DNA from: an uncultured Thermotogae bacterium
Lineage (GTDB): Bacteria; Bipolaricaulota; Bipolaricaulia; UBA7950; UBA9294
Reading direction: 5' to 3'
Length of the DNA stretch: 47,999 nt
Assembly: GCA_964355545.1 (NCBI GenBank)
Contig: CAYHEK010000002.1
Coordinates: 1 to 47,999, forward strand
The notes beneath the pieces were generated by a model. It was not told where the DNA came from. It saw only the letters and a list, made by a program, of their open reading frames with translations, and searched no databases. Position numbers and translations under genes: made by a program. Numbering within the stretch: the first letter of the stretch is position 1; each line of letters begins with the position of its first letter. Positions 36,892 to 46,711 of the stretch are shown here, in pieces.

Positions 36892-37677
36892 ATGGGCGGA
36901 CCTGACGTGCTCTTGGAGGTCTCTGGCCTGGGAAAGACGTTCGGCGGACTCGTCGCCGTCTCCAACTTCGAGGCCCAGGTCCCGCGGGCCCAGATCATAG
37001 GCCTGATCGGGCCGAACGGCGCCGGCAAAACCACGGTCTTCAACCTGATCAGCGGGGTCCTGAAACCGACCTCCGGGAGGGTCCGATTTGGAGGGCGGGA
37101 CATCACGGGCCATCCGCCGGACCGGATCTGTCGCTGCGGAGTCGCGCGCACGTATCAAAAGATTCGCCTCTTCCACAACCTAAGCGTCCTGGACAACGTC
37201 CGTTATTCGCTCGTCAAGACGGCGCGCTACAACCTCATGGACACGCTGATCGGATCGCCTCGGTATCGAAGGGAGGAGCGGCGGATGGGGGAGCATGCGG
37301 AGCGGATGCTCGACACGCTGGGGATCCTTTCTCTGCGGGACGCGATCGCCTCGGACCTCGCCTACGGCCAGCAGCGCCGGGTGAGCATCGCGCGGGCGCT
37401 CGCCCTAGAGCCGACCCTCCTCCTCCTCGACGAGCCGACCGCCGGCCTGAACACGCAGGAGGCGGGCGAAATCGCCCGTCTCATCTCCCGTCTGCGCGAC
37501 GAACTCCACCTGACGATCATCCTCGTCGAGCACAACATGCGGGTCATCATGGCGATCTGCGAGGACATCATCGTGCTCGATAAGGGTGAGACGATCTGCC
37601 GCGGGACGCCGGAGAAGGTGCAGCAGGATCCGAGGGTGATCGAGGCCTACCTGGGGGTGGCGACCGATGCCAACTGA
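36892..37677 (+). CDS. livG: HAAT ABC transporter ATP-binding protein
   Basis: GPNGAGKTT, LAYGQQR, LLLDEP, VEH, DPRVIEAYLG. Confidence 0.9.
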   Translation: MGGPDVLLEVSGLGKTFGGLVAVSNFEAQVPRAQIIGLIGPNGAGKTTVFNLISGVLKPTSGRVRFGGRDITGHPPDRICRCGVARTYQKIRLFHNLSVLDNVRYSLVKTARYNLMDTLIGSPRYRREERRMGEHAERMLDTLGILSLRDAIASDLAYGQQRRVSIARALALEPTLLLLDEPTAGLNTQEAGEIARLISRLRDELHLTIILVEHNMRVIMAICEDIIVLDKGETICRGTPEKVQQDPRVIEAYLGVATDAN

Positions 37678-38392
37678 CACGATGGCCCTCCGCCTGCAGG
37701 ACGTGCACGCCGGCTACGGGAAGATGGAAGTCCTCCTCGGGATCGATCTTCTCGTTGGTGACGGCGAGATCGTCGCCCTGGTTGGATCGAACGGAGCGGG
37801 GAAGACGACGACTCTCCGCACGATCGTCGGGCAAGTGAAGGCGCGGGCGGGAACGGTCGAGTTCCTGGGCGAGGACATCTCTCGCGAACCGCCGTACGCC
37901 CTGACGCGTAAGGGAATCGCCATGAGCCCGGAAGGCCGTGCAGTTCTAGGAAACCTCTCTGTCTTCGAGAACCTGCGGCTCGGCGCGTACACGGTCAAGG
38001 ACTCGGTGCGGTTCAAGAAGGAGCTTGAGCGCGTGTACGCGCTTTTCCCTCGGCTCAAGGAGCGCGAGCGGCAGAGCGGCGGGTCCTTGAGCGGCGGGGA
38101 GCAGCAGATGCTCGCCGTCGGACGGGCGCTGATGAGCTCGCCCCGGCTTCTTCTCCTGGACGAGCCGTCATTGGGAATCGCGCCGAACTTGGCGCGGACC
38201 ATCTTCGCCACCTTCCAAGAGATCCGCGAGGAGGGGAGTTCGATCTTGATCGTGGAGCAGAATGTCTCCCTCTCCCTGCGGGCCTCGGACCGGGCGTACG
38301 TCATGGAGCGGGGGCAGATCCCCCTCGAGGGGGAGTCCAAGGCGCTGCTTGAGAATCCGCACGTCAAGGCCGCCTACCTGGGGGTCGCCTAA
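37667..38392 (+). CDS. livF: HAAT ABC transporter ATP-binding protein
   Basis: GSNGAGKTT, FPRL.ER, LSGGEQQM, LDEPSLG, VEQN. Confidence 0.9.
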   Translation: MPTDTMALRLQDVHAGYGKMEVLLGIDLLVGDGEIVALVGSNGAGKTTTLRTIVGQVKARAGTVEFLGEDISREPPYALTRKGIAMSPEGRAVLGNLSVFENLRLGAYTVKDSVRFKKELERVYALFPRLKERERQSGGSLSGGEQQMLAVGRALMSSPRLLLLDEPSLGIAPNLARTIFATFQEIREEGSSILIVEQNVSLSLRASDRAYVMERGQIPLEGESKALLENPHVKAAYLGVA

Positions 38393-38403
38393 GGGGAGAT
38401 CGC

Positions 38404-39297
38404 ATGTCCTTTCAATACGTTGTGCAGCAGATCCTGAACGCGCTTGCCTGGGGAAGCATGCTCGGCCTCATGGCCGTCGGATACACCCTCCTCTACGGCG
38501 TACTCGGGCTCGTGAACTTCGCTCAGGGCGAGATCTTCATGGTGGGAGCCTTCTCGGCGTATCTCGCGATGGCCTTGGGGAACGCCCCGTTCTGGGTCGG
38601 TCTCCTCGCGGCCGTGGGGGGGGCCGTGATCGCGGGCGTCATCCTCGAGCGGGTGGCGTTCCGCCCCGTACGCAAGGCGGGAGGGATTACGCTGTTCATC
38701 ACGTCCCTCGCCGTCTCGATCGCCATCAAGAACCTCTACATCATGGGTCTCACGAACAAGATTCGCCCGTTCAAGACGCCGGCCTTCCTCCGCACCGTGC
38801 ACGACTGGCACGGGCTCCTGATCTACAACAACACGATGGCGATCGTGGCAGTGACCTTAGTCATCACGGTCGCTCTTCTTCTCTTCATCAAGCGAACGAA
38901 GACCGGAATCGCCATGCGTGCCGTTGCCTACGACCGCGAGACCGCGGAGCTGATGGGGGTGAACACGAACCGGGTCATCGTCATCGCGTTCATCATCGCC
39001 TCGGCCCTGGCCGCGATCGCCGGGGTGTTCTGGGGGGTGAAGTTCGGTTCCGTCCAGCCTACGATGGGCTACATCCCGGTGATTAGCGCGTTCATCGCCG
39101 CGGTCCTCGGCGGGGTGGGGAACATCGCCGGCGCCATGGTCGGCGGGTTCATCATCGGGATTGGAGAGATCCTGTTTGTTGGGTTCCTGCCTTCGGAGCT
39201 GATCGGACTGCGGCCGGTCTTTGTCTGGGCGGTGCTGTTCGTTCTTCTCCTGTTCAAGCCGTCGGGTCTCTTTCCGGCGAACATCAAGCCCTCGTAG
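38404..39297 (+). CDS. livH: HAAT ABC transporter permease
   Basis: A.GYTL.YG...VNFAQGE, G.AMRAVA.D, AAVLGG.G. Confidence 0.9.
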   Translation: MSFQYVVQQILNALAWGSMLGLMAVGYTLLYGVLGLVNFAQGEIFMVGAFSAYLAMALGNAPFWVGLLAAVGGAVIAGVILERVAFRPVRKAGGITLFITSLAVSIAIKNLYIMGLTNKIRPFKTPAFLRTVHDWHGLLIYNNTMAIVAVTLVITVALLLFIKRTKTGIAMRAVAYDRETAELMGVNTNRVIVIAFIIASALAAIAGVFWGVKFGSVQPTMGYIPVISAFIAAVLGGVGNIAGAMVGGFIIGIGEILFVGFLPSELIGLRPVFVWAVLFVLLLFKPSGLFPANIKPS

Positions 39298-39311
39298 AGG
39301 AGGAAGAGAAC

Positions 39312-40367
39312 GTGAAAACGCTGCGTCGGATCCTCAGTCCCATCGCCGGACTCGGGCTTCTCGTCCTCCTCCTCTTCGGCGTGGATCGCCTCTTTCCGCC
39401 CTACTACCACCACCTCTTCGTCCTGTTCGGGATCAACATCATCCTCACTGTGTCCCTCAACATCACGAACGGCTTCACCGGGCTCTTCTCCCTTGGGCAC
39501 GGGGGGCTGATGCTCGCTGCGGGGTACGCCTCTGCCTACCTCACCATGCCGGTCTGGTGGAAGGCGGCGCACCTCTCCCTTCCAAGCTGGCTCACCAACG
39601 CCCACTGGCCGTTCTTCCTGGCCCTGATCGTGGGGGGGCTCGTCGCGACCCTCTTTGGCTTCGTCCTCACGGCGCCGTCCTTCCGCCTGAAGGGCCACTA
39701 CTTCATGCTGATGACGCTGGGATTTAACATCATCATGGTCTCCGTCGGCGAGAACCTGATCGCGTTCACAAACGGCGCAAAGGGGATGTGCCCGATCCCG
39801 ACGTATACGAACCTGTGGTGGGTGTTCGGGATCGTCGCGTTTCTCGTGTACTTTGTGCTGCGTCTCAAGCGTTCGAAGCTCGGCCGGGCGATGATCGCGG
39901 TGGGAAAGGACCAGACCCTCGCCGAGACGATGGGAATCAGCGCCTCGCGGGCGAAGATGGCGGCGTTCGCCATCTCAAGCTTCTTCACGGGCGTCGGCGG
40001 GGTGCTCCTCGTGCACGTCATCGGGAACCTCTTCCCGACCCACTTCGGCCTAGACATCGTTTTTGACGTGGTCATGATGTTGATCATCGGCGGGATGGGG
40101 AGCGTTACCGGATCGATCCTCGGCGCGGCGATCGTGACGGGATTCGTCGAGCTCCTCTCCCCGATTCAGGAGGGGTTCACTCTCTTCGGGTTTGCGTTCC
40201 CGCGCATGTTCGGCCTCGTCCAGCTTCTGTTCGCGGTCGCCCTCATCCTGATCCTCGTCTTCCGGCCCTACGGGATCATGGGCGAGCGAGAGCTCTCCCT
40301 CCGGTCACTGGGGAACGCGGCTCGGTTCGTCGGCCGGCTGATCCGGCCTCGCCGTTCTGCCGCGTAG
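39312..40367 (+). CDS. livM: HAAT ABC transporter permease
   Basis: GFTGLFSLGH, RLKGHYF..TLGF, IIGGMGS..G, FRPYGIMG. Confidence 0.9.
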   Translation: MKTLRRILSPIAGLGLLVLLLFGVDRLFPPYYHHLFVLFGINIILTVSLNITNGFTGLFSLGHGGLMLAAGYASAYLTMPVWWKAAHLSLPSWLTNAHWPFFLALIVGGLVATLFGFVLTAPSFRLKGHYFMLMTLGFNIIMVSVGENLIAFTNGAKGMCPIPTYTNLWWVFGIVAFLVYFVLRLKRSKLGRAMIAVGKDQTLAETMGISASRAKMAAFAISSFFTGVGGVLLVHVIGNLFPTHFGLDIVFDVVMMLIIGGMGSVTGSILGAAIVTGFVELLSPIQEGFTLFGFAFPRMFGLVQLLFAVALILILVFRPYGIMGERELSLRSLGNAARFVGRLIRPRRSAA

Positions 40368-40385
40368 GGGCCGGAGGGGGACTTC

Positions 40386-41711
40386 GTGTTGAACTCTGCG
40401 GAGAAGGGCTACCTCGAGCGGGATCGCTCCCTCCTCGCCGAGGCGATGAAGATCCGGTTCTTCCCGATCGTGCTCGAGTCGAGCCGAGGCTCGCGCATCC
40501 GCGACATCGAGGGCCGGGAGTACCTCGACTTCAGCGGGAGCTGGGCCGTCGCCGGCACCGGGTACGGCCACCCGCGGGTGGTGGAGGCGGTGACGAACCA
40601 GGTTCGAAAGGCCTCGACCAACTCCCCGATCTCCATCCCCTGCCCGCAGACGATCGACCTTGCCGAGCGCCTCGTCGCTCTTTTCCCAGGACACTTTGCG
40701 AAGAAGGTCTGGTTCGGACACTCGGGCTCCGAGGCCGCAGACCTCATCGCGAAGTTCCTTCCCATTGCGAAGAAAAGGCCGAGGATCCTCACCTTCGCCG
40801 GGAGCTACCACGGACAGACCCTGGGAGCGGCGTCCCTCTCAGGCCACACTGCCTCCGCGGCCTTCTCCGGAAGCGCGTCGGTGACCAAGGTTCCCTACCC
40901 ACACCCCTATCGGTTCGCGGGGGACGCACAGGCCTGCTGCGAGGAGCACCTGGGCACGATCCGGCGGCTCCTCGAGCGATCGGCCGCGGAGTACGCCGGG
41001 CTGCTTGTCGAGCCGGTGATGAGCGACGGCGGGGTGATCGTCCCTCCCGAGGGGTTCCTCGCCGGCCTCGCGGTCCTGTGCCGCGAGTACGACCTCTACT
41101 TCGTCGTCGACGAGGTAAAGACGGGGTTCGGCCGGACGGGAAGGATGTTCGCCTTCGAGCACGAGGGGGTCGTCCCCGACGCCGTGATGCTCGGGAAGCC
41201 AATCGCGTCTGGGATCCCGCTGAGCGCCGTCGTGGGGAGGGCGGAGATCCTGGACGCGGTCCCAAGCGGCCACATGATGACGACGGCGGGGAACCCGATC
41301 GCCTGCGCGGCGGGCCTGGCGACCCTGGACGTGATTCTGGAAGAACGCCTTCCCGAGAGGGCGGCGAGGTTGGGGGAGACCTTGCTTGAGGCGCTGCGGG
41401 ACCTCGCGGCGGAGCATCCGGCTATCGGGGACGTGCGCGGGAAGGGGCTCATGATCGGAGTCGAGCTCGTCCGACCCGAGTCAAGGGAGCCGGACCCCGA
41501 GCTTACGCGCAGGCTCTGCTACCGCGCCAAGGAGCTTGGGCTCATCGTCTTCTACGTGGGGACGCACTCGAACGTCATCGAGCTCACCCCTCCGCTCGTC
41601 CTCACGGAAGCAGAGCTTCGCGAGGGGGTCGCCCTCTTCTCCCAGGCCCTCGCGGACGCCGTCGCGGGCAAGGTCTCCGCGGACGACCTCGTCGGCTACG
41701 CCGGTTGGTAG
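40386..41711 (+). CDS. Fold-type I PLP racemase, alpha-amino-epsilon-caprolactam (amino acid amide) racemase-like; class III aminotransferase family
   Basis: K.RFFP N-terminus, SGSW, WFGHSGS, EP..SDGG (Asp), DEVK (Lys instead of Gln), NVIELTPP (Glu instead of Arg), C-terminal YAGW. Confidence 0.8.
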   Translation: MLNSAEKGYLERDRSLLAEAMKIRFFPIVLESSRGSRIRDIEGREYLDFSGSWAVAGTGYGHPRVVEAVTNQVRKASTNSPISIPCPQTIDLAERLVALFPGHFAKKVWFGHSGSEAADLIAKFLPIAKKRPRILTFAGSYHGQTLGAASLSGHTASAAFSGSASVTKVPYPHPYRFAGDAQACCEEHLGTIRRLLERSAAEYAGLLVEPVMSDGGVIVPPEGFLAGLAVLCREYDLYFVVDEVKTGFGRTGRMFAFEHEGVVPDAVMLGKPIASGIPLSAVVGRAEILDAVPSGHMMTTAGNPIACAAGLATLDVILEERLPERAARLGETLLEALRDLAAEHPAIGDVRGKGLMIGVELVRPESREPDPELTRRLCYRAKELGLIVFYVGTHSNVIELTPPLVLTEAELREGVALFSQALADAVAGKVSADDLVGYAGW

Positions 41712-41722
41712 GTCCCGGGTCC

Positions 41723-42505
41723 CTACCCCGCGAGCCCACCTCCATCCACCACGAGGGCTGTGCCTGTGATGAAGGAGGAGGAATCACTTGCGAGGAAGAG
41801 GACCGCCTGGGCGACCTCTTCGGGGGTTCCCATTCTCCCCAGGGGGCGATCGGCCGACTCGGCGAGGAACTCCTCGATCGGGATCCCCAGCTCGGAGGCC
41901 TCGTGGCGGAGCATGGCCGTGTCCGTGTCTCCGGGGCAGACGCAGTTCACGCGGATCCCTTGCCGGCCGTGGTCGATTGCCATCGCCTTCGTGAGGAGGA
42001 CGACCGCGCCCTTCGAGGCGCAGTAGACGGCCGCGTCGCGTCCGCCCGCGATTCCCCAGCCGGAGGCCGTGTTGACGATCGCGCCCCCGCCGGCCTTGGC
42101 CATGATCGGGATGACGAGCCGCGAGAGGAGGAAGATCGATTTCAGGTTCGTCGCCATGACCCGGTCCCACTCCTCTTCGCTCGTCCCGAGCACCGAGGCA
42201 CGACGGATGATCCCGGCGTTATTGAACAGGATGTTGAGTCCTCCCCACGCGGCGACCGTCGCCGCGACCGCGCTCTCGCAGTCGCGCGCAGAGGTGACAT
42301 CTGCGGCGAGGAAGAGGGCGCGGCCGCCTGCCTCTTCGATCTCCTCGACCACCGCGCGGCCTTCAGCCTCGTTTCGGTCCATCACCGCTACCCGCGCCCC
42401 CTCCTCGGCGAAGAGGAGGGCCGTCGCCCGTCCGATCCCCGCCGCTGCGCCCGTGATCAGGGCGACCTTCCCCTCGAGCGCCCTGCACTTCGCTCGTTCC
42501 TTCAC
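41723..42505 (-). CDS. Short-chain dehydrogenase/reductase (classical SDR, probably NAD-preferring)
   Basis: TGAAAGIG, acidic residue in VMDR, NNAG, YCASK, CPGDTDT. Confidence 0.92.
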   Translation of the reverse strand: MKERAKCRALEGKVALITGAAAGIGRATALLFAEEGARVAVMDRNEAEGRAVVEEIEEAGGRALFLAADVTSARDCESAVAATVAAWGGLNILFNNAGIIRRASVLGTSEEEWDRVMATNLKSIFLLSRLVIPIMAKAGGGAIVNTASGWGIAGGRDAAVYCASKGAVVLLTKAMAIDHGRQGIRVNCVCPGDTDTAMLRHEASELGIPIEEFLAESADRPLGRMGTPEEVAQAVLFLASDSSSFITGTALVVDGGGLAG

Positions 42506-42539
42506 ACGCCACCTCCTTGATCGACCTTGACGAATCCGC

Positions 42540-43694
42540 CTACTCGCCCTCGCTCGAGACCCGGTAGATGACCCCTTCCCTGTACCCGGTCACGACCGGG
42601 ACGTAGCCCGAGAGCTCCCGGTCAAGGTCTGGATCCCCGGTGTCGACGAGGAAGGGACGCCCTCGCAGCGCCGCGATCTTCGTCGGGGTTGCGACGACGA
42701 CGAGGTTCTCCTTGCCCACCCTGCGGATCACCTCCGGGCTGAGCGGCTGGTTCCCCCGGCCGAAGAGGTATCCTTGCCCACCGATCGGGGTGACGAGGAT
42801 CTTCGCCGGAAGCCCTCCTTGGAGGAAATTGAGGAGCCGCGCTTCGCTCGCGTCGGCCGCGACGAGGCGCCCCCCGCGCACGGCGTCGACGCCGAGGAGC
42901 GTCTTCTCAAGACCCATACGCTCCAGGATCGCGCGCGTCGTCGTCCCGGGCCCGACGAGGTAGAGGGTCCCCTCCTCCGTTCGGGCGAGGACCTCACCCG
43001 CGATCGCCTCCATGGACGCAGCTTCGCCGACGGCGCTCGGCATTTTCGCAGTCTGCAAAAGGCGCGGCTCCGCCGGGACGCGGAGGTAACCGTAGAGCCG
43101 CGTCGAGACGACTCCGCGACGGAGCTTCTCCTCGTCGACGTCCATCACCTCGGCCTCGCGCAAGCGAGGGACGCGACCGCGGAGGTAGGACAGGGCGAGG
43201 TCTCCCGCGCAGCGCGGGCTCACGGCGAAGACGGCGGAGTGCATCTTGACCCCGGCGGGGATCCCGAGCACAGGAAGTCTCTCTCCGATCGCGTCGAAGA
43301 TGTCGCGCGCCGTGCCGTCCCCACCGGCGAAGAGAAGGAGAGAGACCCTGCGGCGCTCCATCTCCTCTGCCGCCCTTTTTGTGTCCTCGGCGGTCGTCCG
43401 CCCTTCCCGGATCGTACCCACGACCGTCGGGACGAACCCGCTCCGCCTCGCCGCCTCCTCGCCCATCTCGCTTGGGTAGGTCAAAAGCTCCATCTCGCTT
43501 CGGATCGCAAGGAGTGCCTCTAGGGCTTGACGAGCGCGTTCGCCCGCCTGGGGGTCTGCCCCCAACTCGCGAGCCCTCCTCTGGACGAGCGTGCCGTCGC
43601 TCCCTTTGAGGGCGACCCTCCCCCCAAGGCCGGCCACGGGGTTGACGACGAGGCCGAGCCTTCTCTTTTCTGACTGCCTCGCGCGTTCGTCCAT
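42540..43694 (-). CDS. ATP-NAD kinase / AcoX-like family protein
   Basis: VNPVAGLGG...LKGSDG, AGGDGTARD, GIPAGVKMHS, GPGTT, GGQGYLFGRGNQ, VDTGD. Confidence 0.85.
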   Translation of the reverse strand: MDERARQSEKRRLGLVVNPVAGLGGRVALKGSDGTLVQRRARELGADPQAGERARQALEALLAIRSEMELLTYPSEMGEEAARRSGFVPTVVGTIREGRTTAEDTKRAAEEMERRRVSLLLFAGGDGTARDIFDAIGERLPVLGIPAGVKMHSAVFAVSPRCAGDLALSYLRGRVPRLREAEVMDVDEEKLRRGVVSTRLYGYLRVPAEPRLLQTAKMPSAVGEAASMEAIAGEVLARTEEGTLYLVGPGTTTRAILERMGLEKTLLGVDAVRGGRLVAADASEARLLNFLQGGLPAKILVTPIGGQGYLFGRGNQPLSPEVIRRVGKENLVVVATPTKIAALRGRPFLVDTGDPDLDRELSGYVPVVTGYREGVIYRVSSEGE

Positions 43695-43699
43695 CGGCG

Positions 43700-45283
43700 C
43701 TAGCGGATCGGCCGCTCGAACTTCCTCTTGTACGCCCTCCAGGTGATCGCCCAGCGAGAGGGGTCGTCGAACGGAGCCGGATCGATCCTGTGGACCGTGC
43801 TGTGGTGGGGGGCGTTCTTCACGACTTCAGGGTCGGAGCGGGCCTCCTCCGCCACGTGGCGCAGGATCGCCGCGTACTCGTCGAGGTCGCCCTTCGAGAA
43901 CGACTCGGTCGGCTCGAGCGTGCACGGCTCGGGGACGACCCACGGGTGGTGGCTCGTCCAGTAGTGGACCCCGAAGTCGGCGGCGCGCAGCCCCACGTCC
44001 TCGGAGTGGACCCCCGTCTCGTTCGTCAACCCCGAAAGGCTATAGCGGACCTGCTCGAGGCGTCGCGTCCCCGGCGCGTAGGGGGCGCTCCACCCGGGGA
44101 TCGAGAGGACCTTCTTCTCGAGGTAGTTGTTGTTGAGGACCGCCGTCTCGGCGACCTTCCTCAGGCCGTCTGCGCCGAGGCCCATCACCCACGCGTAGGC
44201 CTTGACGACCGCGGGGACGACCCCGTAGAAGGATCGCACCTTCCCGATCGAGCGCGGCCGGTCGTAGTCGAAGCGATACCTCGTCCCGTCGAACTCGACG
44301 AGAGGGGCGGGAAGAAAGGGCGCGAGCGCCTCGGTTACACCCACGGCGCCGACCGCCGGCCCGCCGCACCCGTGGGGGGTGGAGAAGGTCTTGTGCAGGT
44401 TGAAGTGGACGAGGTCGAAGCCGGCGTCCCGGGCGCGGGTGATCCCGAGGAGCCCGTTCGCGTTCGCCTGGTCGTAGGACGAGAGGCCGCCCGCGTCGTG
44501 GACGAGCCGCACGAACTCCTCGATCTTGGGGTTAAAGATCCCCGTGTCCTCGGGGTTCGTGATCATGAGCCCCGCCGTCCGCTCGGAGAGGGCCCTCTTC
44601 AGGGCCTCGACCTCGGGGTAACCCCGCGGCCCCGGGTAGAGGGTGATCACCTTGAACCCGGCCGTCTTCGCGCAGGCGGCGTCGGAGGGGTGGGAGAAGA
44701 TCGTCGTGATCATCTCGTCGCGCTGCTCTCCCTGTCCGCGTTCTTCATGGTAGGCGCGGATGAGGGAGGCGTTCGTGTAAATCGCGGCGGAGCCGGCCCC
44801 CGGCTGAAGGGAGAACCGATCCATCCCCGAGATCTCCTTGAGGATCCCCTCAAAGCGGTAGAGGATCTCGAGGATCCCTTGGACTGTCTCCTCGGCCTGG
44901 AGGGGATGGATCTCCGTGACCTGCTCGAGGCGCGCGAGCTCCTCGTTCACCTTGGGGCTGTACTTCATCGTGCAGGTTCCCTGGCCGACGTCGACGTTTA
45001 GATCGAGGCCGAGGGTCTCCTGCGAGAGCCGCATGTAGTGGCGCACGACCTGGGGCTGGGAGATCTCGGGGAGGGCCGGCGGCCTCTCGCGTCGCATCCC
45101 CTGCGGAAGTGTTGCCAGGACGTCTCCGACCTCCATCCGCATCGCTTTCTCGACCGGCGGGACGAGGAGGCCGCGCTCGCCCGGGTGGCCGAGTTCGAAG
45201 ACGATCGGCTCGTCCCACTTCGCCTGGTGAAAGCGGCGCAGCCGCGGCTCCTTCTGCGACCGCTCCGTCTTCTTCGTCTTCAT
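43700..45283 (-). CDS. gcvPB: Glycine-decarboxylase P-protein subunit 2-like (divergent paralog)
   Basis: RHY.RLSQ, CTMKY.P, TNP..GIF, PLP-lysine motif NLHKTFSTPHG.GGP, EPTE; several canonical motifs are altered. Confidence 0.85.
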   Translation of the reverse strand: MKTKKTERSQKEPRLRRFHQAKWDEPIVFELGHPGERGLLVPPVEKAMRMEVGDVLATLPQGMRRERPPALPEISQPQVVRHYMRLSQETLGLDLNVDVGQGTCTMKYSPKVNEELARLEQVTEIHPLQAEETVQGILEILYRFEGILKEISGMDRFSLQPGAGSAAIYTNASLIRAYHEERGQGEQRDEMITTIFSHPSDAACAKTAGFKVITLYPGPRGYPEVEALKRALSERTAGLMITNPEDTGIFNPKIEEFVRLVHDAGGLSSYDQANANGLLGITRARDAGFDLVHFNLHKTFSTPHGCGGPAVGAVGVTEALAPFLPAPLVEFDGTRYRFDYDRPRSIGKVRSFYGVVPAVVKAYAWVMGLGADGLRKVAETAVLNNNYLEKKVLSIPGWSAPYAPGTRRLEQVRYSLSGLTNETGVHSEDVGLRAADFGVHYWTSHHPWVVPEPCTLEPTESFSKGDLDEYAAILRHVAEEARSDPEVVKNAPHHSTVHRIDPAPFDDPSRWAITWRAYKRKFERPIR

Positions 45284-45284
45284 C

Positions 45285-46679
45285 CTACCTCACCACCTCG
45301 TTGAGCGTCTCGGCGAGCCGGTCGATCTCCGCCTTCGTGCGCACCTCGGTTGTGCAGTAGAGGGCGCACGGCCCAAGCTCGGGGAACTCCGTCGTGAGGT
45401 CCTTCCCGCCGAAGATCCCGTGACGTAGGAGGTCCTTGTTGACCTCCTCGACCGTCCGGCCGCCGGGCGGGAAGCGGACGACGAACTCCCGGAAGTGCGC
45501 CGCGTCAAAGAGCGGCGCGGAGACGCCCGGGACCTCGCCGATCTTCTTCATCGCGTAGTGCGAGCGGGCGAGGATCCCCTCCCCGACCTCGCGCATCCCC
45601 TCTGGGCCCATCAGGGCAAGGTAGACCCCGGCCGTGATCCCGCACAGGGCGGCCGCCGTCCCCACGAACTCCTTCCCCTCCTCCCTTCCGGCGAACGAGG
45701 TCCGCTCGTAGGCGACGTCGCCGAACCCGTACTCCCCCTCGACGCACGTGGGGGCGATCCCAAACAGGCGCGAGGGATACTCCATCACGTAGCGCTCCTC
45801 GTCGCGCGTGGCGATGAACCCGCCGTGCCCTCCGCCGAACTGCATGTGCAGGCCGAGGGGCTGGATGTCACCGCAGGCGATGTCCGCGCCGTAGTCGGCC
45901 GGCGGCTTGAGGATGCCAAGGGAGATCGGGTCGACCGAGACGACCACGAGGGCCCCTTGGTCGTGGGCGATCGCCGAGATCTCCTCCCCGTGCGTCTCGA
46001 TCACTCCCAAGTAGGAGGGGTTCTCGAAGTAGACCGCGGCCGTCCGCGAGGAGACTGCATCGCGGAGCCGGTCGAGGTCGAGCCCGCCGGTCGTTGGATC
46101 GAAGTCGAGGAACCGGATCGCGATCTTTGGCTTTGAGTAGTCGCGGATCTTCGAGGCCTTGTCCGGGCCGGTCGCGCGTGAGAGGAGGACCTCGTGCCGG
46201 CCGGTGATCCGAGAGGCCATGCGGATCGCGGTCGCCGTGGCCTGGAAGCCGTCGTAGGTCGGGACGTTGACGACGTCCATATCGAGAAGCTCGGCCATGA
46301 GGCTTGCGTACTCGAAGAGGGCCTGGAACCGACCGTGATCGTCGTAGGGCTCTCCAGCGTAGGCGGTGAGGAACTCGCTTCGTCGATTGACTTCGTCGCA
46401 GACGGCGGGAACGTAATGCTCGTAACACCCGGCGCCGAGGAAGCTCACGTACTCCCGGCAGGTTATGTTTTTCTTGAGGATCCCCTCCACGTGGCGCCGC
46501 AGCTCGCACTCGGCGAGGAAGGGCTCGGGCAGGTTCAGGCGGCCCCTGAACCTCAGCCGCTCCGGGATCCCGTCGAACAACTCCTCCGCGCTCTTCGCGC
46601 CTACCTCCCGCAGCATCTCTTCCCGCACCGCGGGTACGGAGTTGGGGATGTACGGGTAGACGGTCTTTTCTTCGCTCAT
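45285..46679 (-). CDS. gcvPA: Glycine-decarboxylase P-protein subunit 1-like (divergent paralog)
   Basis: YIP, SFLGAG.Y.HYVP, RSEFLTAY, YDG, DP.SLG.L.PP...GADI, QPLG. Confidence 0.85.
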   Translation of the reverse strand: MSEEKTVYPYIPNSVPAVREEMLREVGAKSAEELFDGIPERLRFRGRLNLPEPFLAECELRRHVEGILKKNITCREYVSFLGAGCYEHYVPAVCDEVNRRSEFLTAYAGEPYDDHGRFQALFEYASLMAELLDMDVVNVPTYDGFQATATAIRMASRITGRHEVLLSRATGPDKASKIRDYSKPKIAIRFLDFDPTTGGLDLDRLRDAVSSRTAAVYFENPSYLGVIETHGEEISAIAHDQGALVVVSVDPISLGILKPPADYGADIACGDIQPLGLHMQFGGGHGGFIATRDEERYVMEYPSRLFGIAPTCVEGEYGFGDVAYERTSFAGREEGKEFVGTAAALCGITAGVYLALMGPEGMREVGEGILARSHYAMKKIGEVPGVSAPLFDAAHFREFVVRFPPGGRTVEEVNKDLLRHGIFGGKDLTTEFPELGPCALYCTTEVRTKAEIDRLAETLNEVVR

Positions 46680-46711
46680 CGTGCGTCCCTCCCTCCTTGT
46701 CTTTGGAAACC

